From assembly GCA_963693365.1 (NCBI GenBank), contig CAVNZM010000008.1:6892830-6956829 (forward strand): 64,000 nucleotides of DNA, given 5' to 3'. The first letter of the stretch is position 1. Every line of letters starts with the position of its first letter. The notes under the pieces were generated by a model, which worked only from the letters and a program-made list of their open reading frames with translations, searched no databases and was not told the DNA's origin. Source of the DNA: Amoebidium appalachense (lineage: Eukaryota > Protista > Ichthyosporea). This document shows, in pieces, positions 1 to 20,132 of this stretch. The translations under genes and the position numbers were made by a program.

Positions 1-2280
1 GGGGCACGTACGGCACGGGGTTGTGTTGCAGGGGTTGGTCACTGTGGCCGGGCCGTTGCAGATGGCTCCCCCCCAGGCAGGCGCCGGGTGTGTGCATGTG
101 CGGCTGCGTGTCTGCGTGCCCCCCCCCACGTGTGGCGCTGCACACGGTTGCCTGCCCCCAATCGCTCCAGCCCCCGTTGATGTGGTCGGGCCGCGCTGCA
201 CAGACAGTCAGTGGATATGTGTGCATGTGTGGGGGATAGATGGGCCGTGTGTTGTGATGGTCGGTGGATATGCGTGCATGTTATAGGCAAGTGGTATTGT
301 CAGAACGTAGTTGCGAAACTTTTAAGCGTGGATCTGTTTGCGGCCTGTAGTGGATGTGTGATTGTGTGGCGGAGAGATAGACAAGAGCATGTACGGTGTA
401 CTTAGGTAAGTACGGTTGACATGTGGGAAGGATAGTTTGAAACAGCAGATGAAACGTCTGTTCTGGATCTGTGGGGGATCGTGCTAGGCAGTGGCCATGC
501 ACCGTGCTTATCTCCCGCTTCAAGGGTGTGCTTTGTGCACCAAGTAACTCTGTGTGCAGGCAGGGGACCATCAGAGGACATGTGCGGATGTGGACGGGGG
601 GGCTGGGGGCCATACGGCAGGCCTGGGTGTTGCAGGCGAGTGGTGGCCGGGCCGGCACAGGGCTTGCCTCCGTACTTGGGGGCCGGGTTGGTGCAGCTGC
701 GGCTGGCTGGCCGCACACCGCCCCCACACGATTTGCTGCAGCTGCCCGTGGCAACCCACTCAGCCCAGTTGCCGTTGATTGCTGCGGGGTTCAGCGTCAG
801 ATGGATGCTAGCTGTGGTGGCTTGCTTGGATGGGCAGCAGGCCGCCGGGGGGCGTGCTGGGGAGTAGGGAGGAACGTAGAGATTTGGGAGTGCAGTGGCT
901 GTACTGAAAATGGATTGTCGGTGTCATGGTGGGGATGGAGGGGAACTGGGCGACTATACCGTACCCAAATACCCAAACCCAAACCCAGATTTTAAACCCA
1001 GATGTCACGCATGCGGCATGAACGCCGCTTCGCACCACGCCTATGAAGAAACAAAGAATATATACTATAATAAAGCATTATAAAACATACAAATATTAAT
1101 GTTACTTAATAAGATAATATTTTTAGGCCGAAATTATACCAGAAATATGCTTAACATCTTAGTTCTTGGCGTTTTCTTGCTTCATCTTGTTGTCGCTGAA
1201 GATTTGGGTTTGGGTTTGGGAATCTGGAAGACCCCCCCCCCCCCCCCTCCCCCCCTTCTAGATTCCTATCCCAAACCCAGTTTTTGAACCGTGAAACCCA
1301 AATTACCTCCCTTATTTGCAAAAGATGTGCTATCAAAGAGGCGCTTTTCTTATAACATTTAGGTGCTCGATGGTGATCTATGTATGGCATATCCGACCAG
1401 ACGATGATTGGTAGCAGATTGAAACGCAATATTCGCTATCCAATCGACCGTCAATACTAATATTAAATCTAGGAATCTGGGTTTAGGTTCGGGTATTTGG
1501 GTGAGGTATAGTCGCCCACTGGCTGTGCAGCAAACAAACGGAAGACTGGGTGGTGTGGCTGGGGGGTAGGGGTGTGGTGGGTTGGGTTGGGAGGTGGTCA
1601 GGGGTGTGTGTGGGGTTTGTGACTGGCTGGGGGGTGTGTGGTTGACTCACGGCACGGGGCGGTGTTGCAGGGCTGGGTGGTGCGGGCTATTCCCGGGCAG
1701 GTGGCGCCGCCGTAGGCGGGGGCCGGGTTGGTGCACGTGTGGGTCAGCGTCCGCACGCCACTGCCACAGGGCTTGCTGCATTGCACCCACGGTCCATGCG
1801 CTCCACCCGCCATTACGCTTGGCTGGGGGGGGGGGGGGGGGGGGGGAGTCAGTCGGTTTGTTTTTTTGGTGAGGGGAAAGGGGGGAGGGGAGGGGGGGCT
1901 GAGGTAGAGTAGACAAAGCCATTACTGATGGAATAAAAAGGTTGGGCAGGCAAGTGCTCAAATCAGTAGTGATGTTGGTGAGGGCGGGAATACTATGTGA
2001 TAGTGTACAGGCACGTGTGTGTGTGTGCACGTGGGTTGTGTGCAAGGCCAAGCATAGTCACAGGCGGTGCATGTGTGTGTCAGGGGGCACGCACGGCAGG
2101 GGGTGGTGTTGCATCTGTAGGCCTGGCTGTTGGAGGGCATGATGCTGGGCCCGGCACAGGGCTTGCCGTCGTTTGCGGCCGGGTGCAGGTGCGGGTCAGC
2201 ATGCGGTAGCCCCCCTCACAGGCCACGCTGAACTGCCCCGTCACCGCCCAGCTGCTCCAACCCCTGTCCACACGCTGCCC
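1..2280 (-). pseudogene. Thrombospondin type-1 (TSP1) repeat gene fragment, about one repeat per exon, several frameshifts; continues beyond the window edge
   Basis: Four exons (~2278-2098, ~1820-1651, ~800-615, ~195-14) encode WSxW...CSxxCGGG...RTCTxPAPxYGGxxCxG...CNTxPC, each ending at a phase-1 GT. At least three need a frameshift. The 5' part abuts a Ngaro fragment. Confidence 0.75.
948..1517. mobile_element. MITE (~570 bp) with ~45 bp terminal inverted repeats and a 3-bp ACT target-site duplication; PIF/Harbinger-like termini
   Basis: gggcgactataccgtacccaaatacccaaacccaaacccagatt at 948 versus aatctgggtttaggttcgggtatttgggtgaggtatagtcgccc ending at 1517. act at 945-947 and at 1518-1520. 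Confidence 0.8.
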
Positions 2281-2326
2281 GTGTTATTTTGTGTGGGTAA
2301 ACGGAGAAGCAGAGAGCACAGATGGG

Positions 2327-3405
2327 GGTTTTATTTGTGGAAATTATTGACATAAATATTTTTCTGGGTAAACACGTAGGATGGGTGTTCGATACCAACA
2401 TAACCATGTAGGCTTCATTTCGTGTTTTAGCAGTTAGCGGTTGGCTGCCCGCACACGGGCACCTATTAGCCAACCAAAACATCAGATACCACAGATCACT
2501 AGACCGAGTTATGATTGGCTCGGATCAGATTTCACATATCACTAGATCGATTTTTGATTGGCTCAGATCAGTAGGCTTAGGTATATAAGCACGACAGTTT
2601 TTAGCAGATCAGCAAGCTACAAACACATCTTCTGTGTTTAGCATCCACAGCCTTACAGCTATATATTCCTTTTCATTCTCCCTATCTTTCCCTACGCCGG
2701 TCAGCATGCCGCCGAAAAAGCGCCAGGCCTCAGCCGCCGCCCCTGCCGCGGCACCTAAGCGCCTGACCCGCAGCGACCTCCGCCACAGGCTGACCAACGC
2801 TCCCGCGGACACTGACGCGCCTCCAGCGGCCCATACCACCACGGACCCGGACCCGCCGGCTACTCTCCCCTCCACTCCTGAAGTCCCCCCTCAGGCCCCG
2901 CCGTCCCCACAGATGACTTCTCAAGACGCCGTCCTGGCCGCCCTCACCGTCATCAGCACCCAGATGGCTGGCGTCCTGGCTGCTCTCACCAACCGCGACC
3001 CTCCCGCGCCCCCCGCCGCGCCCTTCACACCCGGGGAGGTTTCCCCGGGGCTGCATCTCGGCCCTGACCTAGACCTACCTGCCCTGCCCGCGCCCCCCAT
3101 CACAGGTGAGAACACTGGCGACATTCAGCCGGGCACACTCCCGCTTCCCCCCGCGGATGTGCTGGCAGATTTGCGCGCCAATCGTTTCGTCGACCTGTGG
3201 ATCGGTGGGTCTAGGAGGCCACTGGCTCGACCAATGGTTCTTCATGCCCTGGTCCCCCTCCACCCAAGCCCTCTATGCTCATGAGGGTAAACTCGGTTCT
3301 TCCGTCATCGAACTCCTGGCCATCGCAGCCGCCGTGGCCCTCTGGGCCCCCTCCTGGTCCACCCACCATGTCCGTATTTTATGCGACAACACGGGTGCTG
3401 TGTCT
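2327..3405 (+). mobile_element. Internally deleted, 3'-truncated copy of the Ngaro-type YR retrotransposon (5' end + gag start fused to an RNase H fragment)
   Basis: Near-identical to the reverse complement of 25553-24682, then jumps at ~3198 to the RNase H region (22331-22125). It ends where an LTR begins at 3407. Confidence 0.9.
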
Positions 3406-3406
3406 A

Positions 3407-4093
3407 TGATATACACAACACAGAGACACACGGGAAAAACACAACCGGAGAGGTGGAACGATTTCTGGAACCATAGGAAATGAATACGACTGCTTGAGAT
3501 TTATTCCAAGATGAAGTCCCTTTTATACTTGGGTATGTGAAAACGATAAACCAATCAAAAGAACGAAAACTCTATTTTCCAATCAGAAAGACGAAAACTA
3601 TGAGTGTAAAATATATCGATCAAAATGTCTGTCGACACATAGAATATAAAATACAATCCTCTAATGAAAGAAACTTCTAATAAAAGCACGGAAACATTTA
3701 ACAAAATGAAACCACTTATGTAACTATTAATTCATAACATACATTTATACATGTTCTTATCATAACACGTCTAAATATAATTATTCCTAATAGTTGGAGA
3801 ACATAGCACAATGCTACGTCGTGAGAAAGGAATGAGAAAGGAATGTAAGTTACTATATCTGGGAAAATACAAACGAGATATGATTGGATGACATATATAG
3901 ATTTTGACACAAACGACAATACGTGTGCGCGAGCTAAGTATGTCGATACGTACACAGATCTAAGATGTCGTGTACACGGAAACAGGAAGGAAAGAAAGAA
4001 ATGAAGAAAGGAAAAGGAAACAAACTACAACAACTAATAAACAAATACAAAACTCAACTTCTAAGTCTTGCTGAGAATCAAGTGAAGATGACA
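3407..4093 (-). repeat. 3' LTR of the Copia element (~687 bp)
   Basis: On the minus strand it reads TGTCATC...GTATATCA, is immediately preceded by the PPT CTTGAGTGGGGA (4105-4094) and has AATAAA near its end. Confidence 0.75.
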
Positions 4094-4778
4094 TCCCCAC
4101 TCAAGGGTTGGAAGTTGGGTTCTCGTGAAGTTTGTTGATGTGACTGTTGATGTTAAGACTCTCACACATGTAGAAGTAGGTGCCGTGAAGTCACAGTCAA
4201 GTTTCCCCACTCGAGAAGACAATTGAGAAGACTTGAAGGTGCAAGCCGGGGAAGAAAACCAAAACGGAAGAAGCACACAACGACGGTTGCCTCTGAAGAC
4301 TCGGAACATGACGGTAGCCAATGACGATATACTAATATATATAGAAGAAACAACTAGTGTATGTGTGACGTGTTGGTGGCTAATGATTTATACTGGGGAC
4401 CACCCAGATAAACACAAGGCATGAACATCTTGTGGACTGATTTATAGACTGGTGGTCAACCAGTTAAGACACGGGGAATGAGCATCCCGAGGACTAGGTT
4501 TAGACTGGCAGTCAACCAGCATGCCATGGCTATAGATAATTATTTATACTGGGACGCCATCCCAGTTCGACAGATATATAAGTCGAATATAAATGAAAAC
4601 CAATATATATGATGGTATATAAATAAACGACGGATGGTGGAGAAGAAATCCCCACTGAAGATGCACACACTGAAGATCGATGAAGACAGCAGTAGACTTT
4701 CGTTGGGAGGTGTCTCTACACGGTGATGTGTAGACCACTGGCCAGTGCCCCAACCTACTTGAAGACCACTGTAGATGA

Positions 4779-4817
<39 letters not shown>

Positions 4818-4818
4818 C

Positions 4819-6834
4819 TCAGTCACGAAGACTGAGTGAAGCACGGTGCTGCTCGTGGGAGGGCCCGGGCAGGGGCTTGGTGAAGATGTCAGCCACGTTG
4901 TCTTTGCTGGACACGTAGGTGACGACCACATCCCCACTCTTGATGTAGTCCTTCGTGTTGTGGTACCGGACTGCAATGTGTTTGGTCCGGTGCTTGATGC
5001 TGTTGGTGTGCAGGAGGGCAATGGTGGACTGGTTGTCACAGTAGACGGGGGTGGGGTCGGTCATCGGGTAGCCGAGTTCACGGAGGAGATCACGGTGCCA
5101 GATGACGTTTTGAACAGCAGCATTGATGGCCAGGAGCTCAGCCTCGGTGGTGGATGTTGCCGTGATGGACTGTAGCTTCGAATACCATGTGATGGGTATG
5201 GCATTGCCCTTGAAGAAGATGACGTATCCGGTGGTTGAACGACGGGTGTTGGGGCAGTTGGCAAAGTCAGCATCAGAATAACACTCCAGCAAGGGGGTGT
5301 TGTCATCGGAAGCAGACTTGTCGTAGTGAAGGCCGAGGTTGGAAGTGCCGATGAGGTACCGAACTACACGGAGTAGACATTCCCATGCAAGTTTGGTGGG
5401 GTTGGCACTGAATCTACCGAGGTAGCCGATGGCAAAGGAGATGTCGGGCCGGGAACAACGAGCAACCCACAAAAGACGGCCGAGTAGTTCACGGTAGGGA
5501 ACCTTGATGGGTGGTGAGTCGTTCTCGTTGATGGTGATGACGGTGCCGACGGGGATGGGAGTAGCCTTGGGGTGAGCATCGTTGAGGTTGAAGTCTCTGA
5601 CGATGTCGTTGATGTAGGATTGTTGAAGCAGCTTGAGGTGACCGGGGGTGTGGATGAGCTGGGTGCCAAGGAAGATGTCGGGAAGGTCAACCTTGCAGAG
5701 AGCTGACTTCATGATGTGGTCTACTAGATCCTTGGTGTGGGAGGAGTTGGCCGTGCAGATGATGATGACGTCGTCCACATAGTTGCCAGTGAGGATGATG
5801 TCACCGTTGGGGAAGGTCTTGATGTAGACACATGGATCTGAACGGAGACGTTCGAGACCGTGAGCAAGGAGGACCTTGTCGAAGTACTCATACCAGGCCA
5901 GTGATGCTTGCTTGAGGCCGTAGAGTGCCTTCTTGAGTTTCCAGACCTTGTGCTCGTTGCCGGGGGTGATGAAGCCAGGTGGTGGCTCAATGTAGATGTC
6001 TTCTTGAAGAGGACTGTTGAGGAAGGCAGTTGAGACGTCGAGTTGATGAATCTCATGGTTGCCGTCCACACCGATAGCAAGGAGGGCACGGACGGAGGAG
6101 GACATCACCACGGGAGAAGAGGTGTCACCGTAGTCAACACCGTAGACTTGAGTGAAACCCTTTGCAACACCACGAGCCTTGATCTTGGTGTCACCGGCTG
6201 AGTTGAGGACTTTCTCAGTCACAATCCACTTGAACTTGATGATGTTGGCATTAGGGGGGGGATCAACAATGGTGAAGACATCCTTGGTGATGAAGGCTTG
6301 GTACTCGGAGGTGAGGGCAGCTATGACGGCATCACCGTTGGGACCGTTGCAAAGCTTTTGAATGCCCTTGGGGAGCTGGTCAATGTTGATGGTCGGGGCT
6401 GTGATGCTGATCAGTGCCGTTGGAGTCTTGGTGAGACGTGTAGACCGACGAAGGTTGGGCTTGGGGGGGTCCTTGAGGGGGGTGGTGGCCGGGTAGGTGG
6501 TGGAGGCCGGGACAGGGGCATGGAAGCCAGGAATAGGACCGGTGGTGAGGGGGGCATCGGTGTCCACAGGGCTGCTCGAGGCCGAGTGGAAGGTGGGGGA
6601 CCCAGGACGAACCGGAGTCATGTAGCCGGGTTGATGCACAGCAACGGGGGGGGGCGGCAGCAAGGGTTGTTGGCCAGTGGGGGGGGGGCTCGGGGGAGGC
6701 ACGGGTTCAACCGGGGCTGGTTGGTTGTGCCAGGACGGTTGGGAGATGACCACAGACGGAGTTTCATCGTCGTCGTCGGAGGGGGGGTCCAATGTCGGTA
6801 GATCGGGTTTGGGGGAACGGAGACCTGATTGGTG
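4819..6834 (-). CDS. Copia reverse transcriptase-RNase H (3' part of the polyprotein)
   Basis: KARGVAKGFTQVYGVDY, LDVSTAFLN, KALYGLKQAS, YVDDVII, YSDADFA, STTEAELLA, CDNQSTI, KHIAVRYH, ADIFTKPL. Confidence 0.95.
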   Translation of the reverse strand, partial: HQSGLRSPKPDLPTLDPPSDDDDETPSVVISQPSWHNQPAPVEPVPPPSPPPTGQQPLLPPPPVAVHQPGYMTPVRPGSPTFHSASSSPVDTDAPLTTGPIPGFHAPVPASTTYPATTPLKDPPKPNLRRSTRLTKTPTALISITAPTINIDQLPKGIQKLCNGPNGDAVIAALTSEYQAFITKDVFTIVDPPPNANIIKFKWIVTEKVLNSAGDTKIKARGVAKGFTQVYGVDYGDTSSPVVMSSSVRALLAIGVDGNHEIHQLDVSTAFLNSPLQEDIYIEPPPGFITPGNEHKVWKLKKALYGLKQASLAWYEYFDKVLLAHGLERLRSDPCVYIKTFPNGDIILTGNYVDDVIIICTANSSHTKDLVDHIMKSALCKVDLPDIFLGTQLIHTPGHLKLLQQSYINDIVRDFNLNDAHPKATPIPVGTVITINENDSPPIKVPYRELLGRLLWVARCSRPDISFAIGYLGRFSANPTKLAWECLLRVVRYLIGTSNLGLHYDKSASDDNTPLLECYSDADFANCPNTRRSTTGYVIFFKGNAIPITWYSKLQSITATSTTEAELLAINAAVQNVIWHRDLLRELGYPMTDPTPVYCDNQSTIALLHTNSIKHRTKHIAVRYHNTKDYIKSGDVVVTYVSSKDNVADIFTKPLPGPSHEQHRASLSLRD

Positions 6835-7203
6835 TGTTGGAGTACACTGGTACTCCCGGCTAGCAATGTCTGTTAAGAAAGTTTCTGAGCAATTGAATAA
6901 CTGTTTCAACACAAATAAAAAAAATAAGCAACAGTCAAGAACATTCAAAAAAGGGCACACTCCAGGCACAAAACAAAGAAGACCCAAAACATCTGACAAC
7001 AAGCAGCACTAGTCCCACGGAGCAGAGTTGGCCTCACAAGATGCAATCATTTCTGACTTACAGAAGGAACAACGTGCACTAGAACTAGCTTCTATGAACA
7101 CAATGTCCAACAGGGTTATGGGCCCCTCACGTAATGATTCCATCAAGTTCAAGGTCGACATCCCTCTCTTCACTGGCATTGATAATGATTCAGGCACGGA
7201 CTA
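6835..7203 (+). mobile_element. 5' fragment (LTR + PBS + gag start) of a second Copia family, inserted antisense
   Basis: TGTTGGA (6835) ... TCCAACA (7112) inverted termini, then GGTTATGGGCCC (7114-7125; half-tRNAiMet PBS of copia-type elements), then gag-like KFKVDIPLFTG. Flanked by a 63-64 bp direct duplication (6771-6834 / 7204-7266). Confidence 0.75.
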
Positions 7204-9329
7204 CGTCGTCGGAGGGGGGTCCAATGTCGGTAGATCGGGTTTGGGGGAACGGAGACCTGATTGGTGCTGCTCGTGAATTTTGACTCGTCAAAGATCACAT
7301 CACGGCAGATCTTGACTTGGTTGCTGGCACGGTCGAGGATCTTGTGTGCCTTGGAGGGCAGGTCCCAGCCGACGTAGGTGCCGACTCTGACGGTTGATGC
7401 AAGCTTGTTCCTCTTTGACCGGGGAACATGCACGTAGGCAGGGGAGCCGAACACGTGGAGCTGGGAGACGTCGGGTTTGAAGCCGTGGAAGGCCTCGAAG
7501 GGAGTGTTGCCGTTGGCAGCAGATGACGGTGTGACGTTGATGATGTAGCCAGCATGCTTGAGAGCAGCAACCCACAACTTGGGAGAGAGAGGTTGGTCCT
7601 TGTCGGCATGGAGGAAGCAACGGACTGTCTCTTGCAGTTCTCTCATCTTCCGTTCAACAACACCGTTGTGCTGTGGTGTGTCGACGGGGGCAAACTCCAT
7701 GATGATGCCTTTCTGCTTGCAGTAGGCCTCGGTGTCCCTGGAGGTGAACTCAGAGCCGGAGTCAAACCGAAGATGGGTGACGATCTCAGGTGTCTGACGT
7801 TCAATGGTTTCAACGAGAGACTGAATGTAGCTGAGGGTTTCACCACGGTTGTAGAGGGGGAACACGGTGGTGTAACCGGTGGCATCACAAACACACACCA
7901 GAGCAACCTTGTAGCCTCCGTAGGAAGCACAGGGAGCTTCGAAGAAGTCCAGGTGCCACTTAGCACCGGGAATGGTGAACTTGGAACGGGTGCCGGGAAA
8001 AGGGGCCTTGGTGGTCTTGCCAGACATGCAGCCGAAGCAGTCACTGTTGTCGGGTGACTTGAGGGAGGGGGGCATGCCGATGACAAGCTCATCCTTGGCC
8101 ATCCTGGTGACGGTGGAGAGGGCACGGTGGCCGAGACGGTTGTGCCAAAGAGTGAGGTCGTCGGTTGGTTGAGTCCTTGCTGTGTAGGCTTGGACCCTCG
8201 GGTGTTTAGGAGTCTCAATCACATAGTCAGTGATGTAGTAGAGACCGTCGAGGGGGGTGAGATCTGAAATGATGTCACCATTACGGCTGTAGAGGAACGA
8301 CGGGTGATTGTCTGTATCGTCACAATGACCCAGGAGGCCGGCAGTTGAGGCCATGGAGGTAGACACGAGGAAAGACGGTGACTCGGGTACGTAGTAAGCA
8401 TTGATGCTGCACGGGGTTGGGTGGCCGTTGTAGTGCAGTGTCATGTTGATGATGCCACGGTGTGTGGCATTGACGGTGCCGAGGCCGTGAATGGGGGTGG
8501 GAGGACACGGGGTAAGGGAGGAGAAATACTCCTTGATGGGGCAGATGTGTGCATTACAAGCACTGTCCCAGACGGGGTCGTCACTGTCGGGTGTGCCGGT
8601 GGAGGAGATGAGTGCAAATTTCACACTCTTGTTACCTTTCTCCTGCTTGGCACGACGAGCAACAGCACAGCCAGGCTCCGGGCATGCTGTGATGTGGTGG
8701 GGCTCATGACAGTAGGAACACTCCACCTTCTTGGTGTTGTGCTGTCGGTTACGGTTGTCCCTGTTACCACGGTGGTAAGGGGAAGTTGAACGGGGGCCGG
8801 GTGACTTGGAGGAAGGACGAGGATCACGGGAACGGGACGGGGAACGGTGAGGTGTATGCTCACGTCGAGGAATACGGTTACGGAGGTCACCGGGGGGAAG
8901 CACTCTGCTCTGGAGTGCACGGAGGGGACGATTGTTGACGGTTGCACCAGTGCCTGCGTCGATGAGGCCGGCACGGATTTCAGCTCCTCGGATGTCACTG
9001 ATGAGCTGGTTGAAGGACGGGTAGGCCTTGTTGTTCATCCAGTAGTCGGAGCAGAGACGTTCAATGTCGGAGCAGACCAGGGCCGTGTTCTTCCGGAGGT
9101 GAAGGAAGAACTTACGTACGACATCCTTGTGCTGGACGGGCTCGTCGAGGCAGGCAAGTGTCGTTGCCAGACGTTGGAGACGGGTGAGGTATGCTGTGAC
9201 GTTGGGGTAGTCTCGTAGTTCAAGCTCCTCGAAGGTGACTTGAATCTGGGTGACTCGGGCCTCCTTCTCTGCTACATACGCCATACGTAGGTTGTGGAAG
9301 ACTTCTCCACCGTGGACACCGTCTTGCAT
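7204..9329 (-). CDS. Copia gag-protease-integrase (5' part of the polyprotein; true start uncertain)
   Basis: CSYCHEPHHITAC knuckle, VWDSACNAHIC protease, LWHNRLGH...CFGCMSGK HHCC, and the DDE core WHLDFF / RFDSGSEF / QHNGVVERKMRELQE. Confidence 0.92.
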
Positions 9330-10546
9330 CCGGCCGGAGTCGTAGAGCTCGGTGGATGGACGGACTGGTTGAGGACTGGTCGAGGACGTCGGAAGCTTTC
9401 TTGTAGGTGTCCCTGGTGGCGTAGCCTAGCCACTGGTTGGCTCAGCGCCGTCAACCCACTGTGGCCTGATAGCGTCAACGATCTCGGCAAGTTTTAATGA
9501 ACCGGTAAGAGGGCCCCACGAAATAAAAGACTCTCGGACGGAAATGGGAGGTGAAACGAGGTAGTATGAGAAGCAGAAGAGAAGAGGGTAGATGTGTAGC
9601 GTGAAGGGGCGAAATTATTGTGTAAAGAGAAGAAAATAAAAAAAGAGAAAAAACAAGGAGAGGGAGAAAAGACGACGAAAAGATCGGGAAAACAAAAAAA
9701 CAAAGCAACAGGCCGCAGCTGGGGGGGGGAGAAAAGAACCGCACAGCTTGTGATGCCCGAGTGCAGAAGAGAAATGAGAAGGAAATGGGGAAAGAGGGAG
9801 GGGGAGGCTAGACGACAATCACACCTTTAGTTGTGGGGAAAGGGGATGAGTGGAGGGTGGAAAGAAGAAGAGGGAACCCCGCTAAAGGGGACGAAAGAAA
9901 AGCTCCGCCCCCCCCCCTGGGGGGGGAAAAAAAGGAGGGGGGGGGGGGGGGGAGGGCATTGGGAAAAAAAAAGAGGAAGGGGGGCAACCCACCACCCAAA
10001 AAAGATAAAAAAAAGAAGAAGAACAAAAGAGGGGAGGGAAAAAAAAGAAGAAAAAAAGCTGGGTGGGGAGGATCGGGTGGCGTACCTGGGGCAAGGCGCC
10101 GAAATCGAAGGAAAATCTGAACACCATATATTGTACATTAATACATCAATATAGCGTTGCTAAGCAGTGACTGTGGCATAAGGAAAAAAATAATGAGAAG
10201 TGCAATATTGTTGCAATCAAAAGAAGTAAAAAATTAGCAATGTCGCATTTAGTTACATTCACATTTCACTATGAAATGACGTGCTAATCAAACATACCTG
10301 CACAGTTTAGCAGGTACAATATATACTAGTTCTCGACATACATGAAACATGCGTACACAATAAACTGACACTCGAGGATATGCTCTCAGCTTTTCCATTA
10401 TATAGTCGACGATATACATCAAACATCATAACACAATAATAAAATTTAATAAATCCACCGATATCCATCAGATCATCGAAATATGGAATCATGATTTGAT
10501 TTCAGAAGACATTTCTCCCGAAACGGCGACGCCGCATGCACAGCAA

Positions 10547-19167
<8,621 letters not shown>

Positions 19168-20132
19168 TTTCCACTGCGTGGGTGCACATGTGTCCTGTGC
19201 AAGCAGTTAGTAACCCCTCGTCGACACGTCGGGTGGACGCTGGCAACTGGTGATGTCGCAAACAGATCATTGCCTGTGCCGATTGGCTCAAAATCATTGT
19301 TTTCGCGCCGTCGCACCCACGCCATGGCCATGGTAACAGTGGACTATGCATGGAGTATTGGCTATCATGAGGTATGTACCAATATTTATTATTTAATAAA
19401 TGAAAGAATTTTTATAGTTAGGTATAATTTTTTTTTCAATGTAACATTATCTCCTGCTGAAGTTCATTGTTTGACCAATTATCACATATAGAGGTACGCC
19501 ATGTGGGCGCGGTTTCATTGGCCGATGCAACCATTGTACAGTGGTGTGCCTATTTTCATGCATAGTGATATAACAGTAGTGTTTACATCAGTATTTCCAT
19601 AATTGAGTATAATAATTTTAATTTTACAGTTGCGCACACGTTTTCTACTATTACTCCTTTGCAACTACGCCTATATAATATTTCAGTTATATTTTTGGGT
19701 CGCCTCAACGCGCGAAACGGATTGGTTGGGCATCACATGTTCGCGCGGGCGTTGTGTGCGGTACATGTGCTTCGCAATACACCATTTAACATGTGGTCAC
19801 ATTATTTACATGATTTTAATACTAATAATATTGTTTTTTATTTACCCGAAACCTTTTTACTTTCTATGTTAATATTATTACATATTGTGTCATGTCACAC
19901 ACCCAAAGGCCTCTAAAACGAACCATATTCATTGGCGATATATTACGAAATGAAAATGGCGGGCGGAATTATGCGTGATAGTCGCGATCATTGGTTGGCG
20001 AGGACCAATGAAACATTTTTACAGATTGGAATGCATCCATCCATTTCATGCACGCTCTGATTCCCATCGAATACGCTCACGTTGCCCTTTCAAGAGGCCT
20101 GTAGAAGCACCGTAGTTTTTGAAGTGGGGAAG
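19168..20132. promoter_or_regulatory. Probable bidirectional promoter between the transposase and the cargo gene
   Basis: Head-to-head ATGs at 19167 (-) and 20133 (+), with an AT-rich core and at least eight CCAAT/ATTGG boxes. Confidence 0.5.

Larger units (their letters stand above)
3407..10125 (-). mobile_element. Ty1/Copia LTR retrotransposon; 5' LTR missing; pol interrupted by an insertion
   Basis: Domain order gag-PR-IN-RT-RH, PPT plus 3' LTR, and a PBS-like TGGTGTTCAGA at ~10125-10115 with no LTR upstream of it. Confidence 0.9.

Noticed and set aside
3190-3205. Ngaro internal deletion as a spliced intron
   Set aside because: A GT lies near the left break but there is no AG at the right break.
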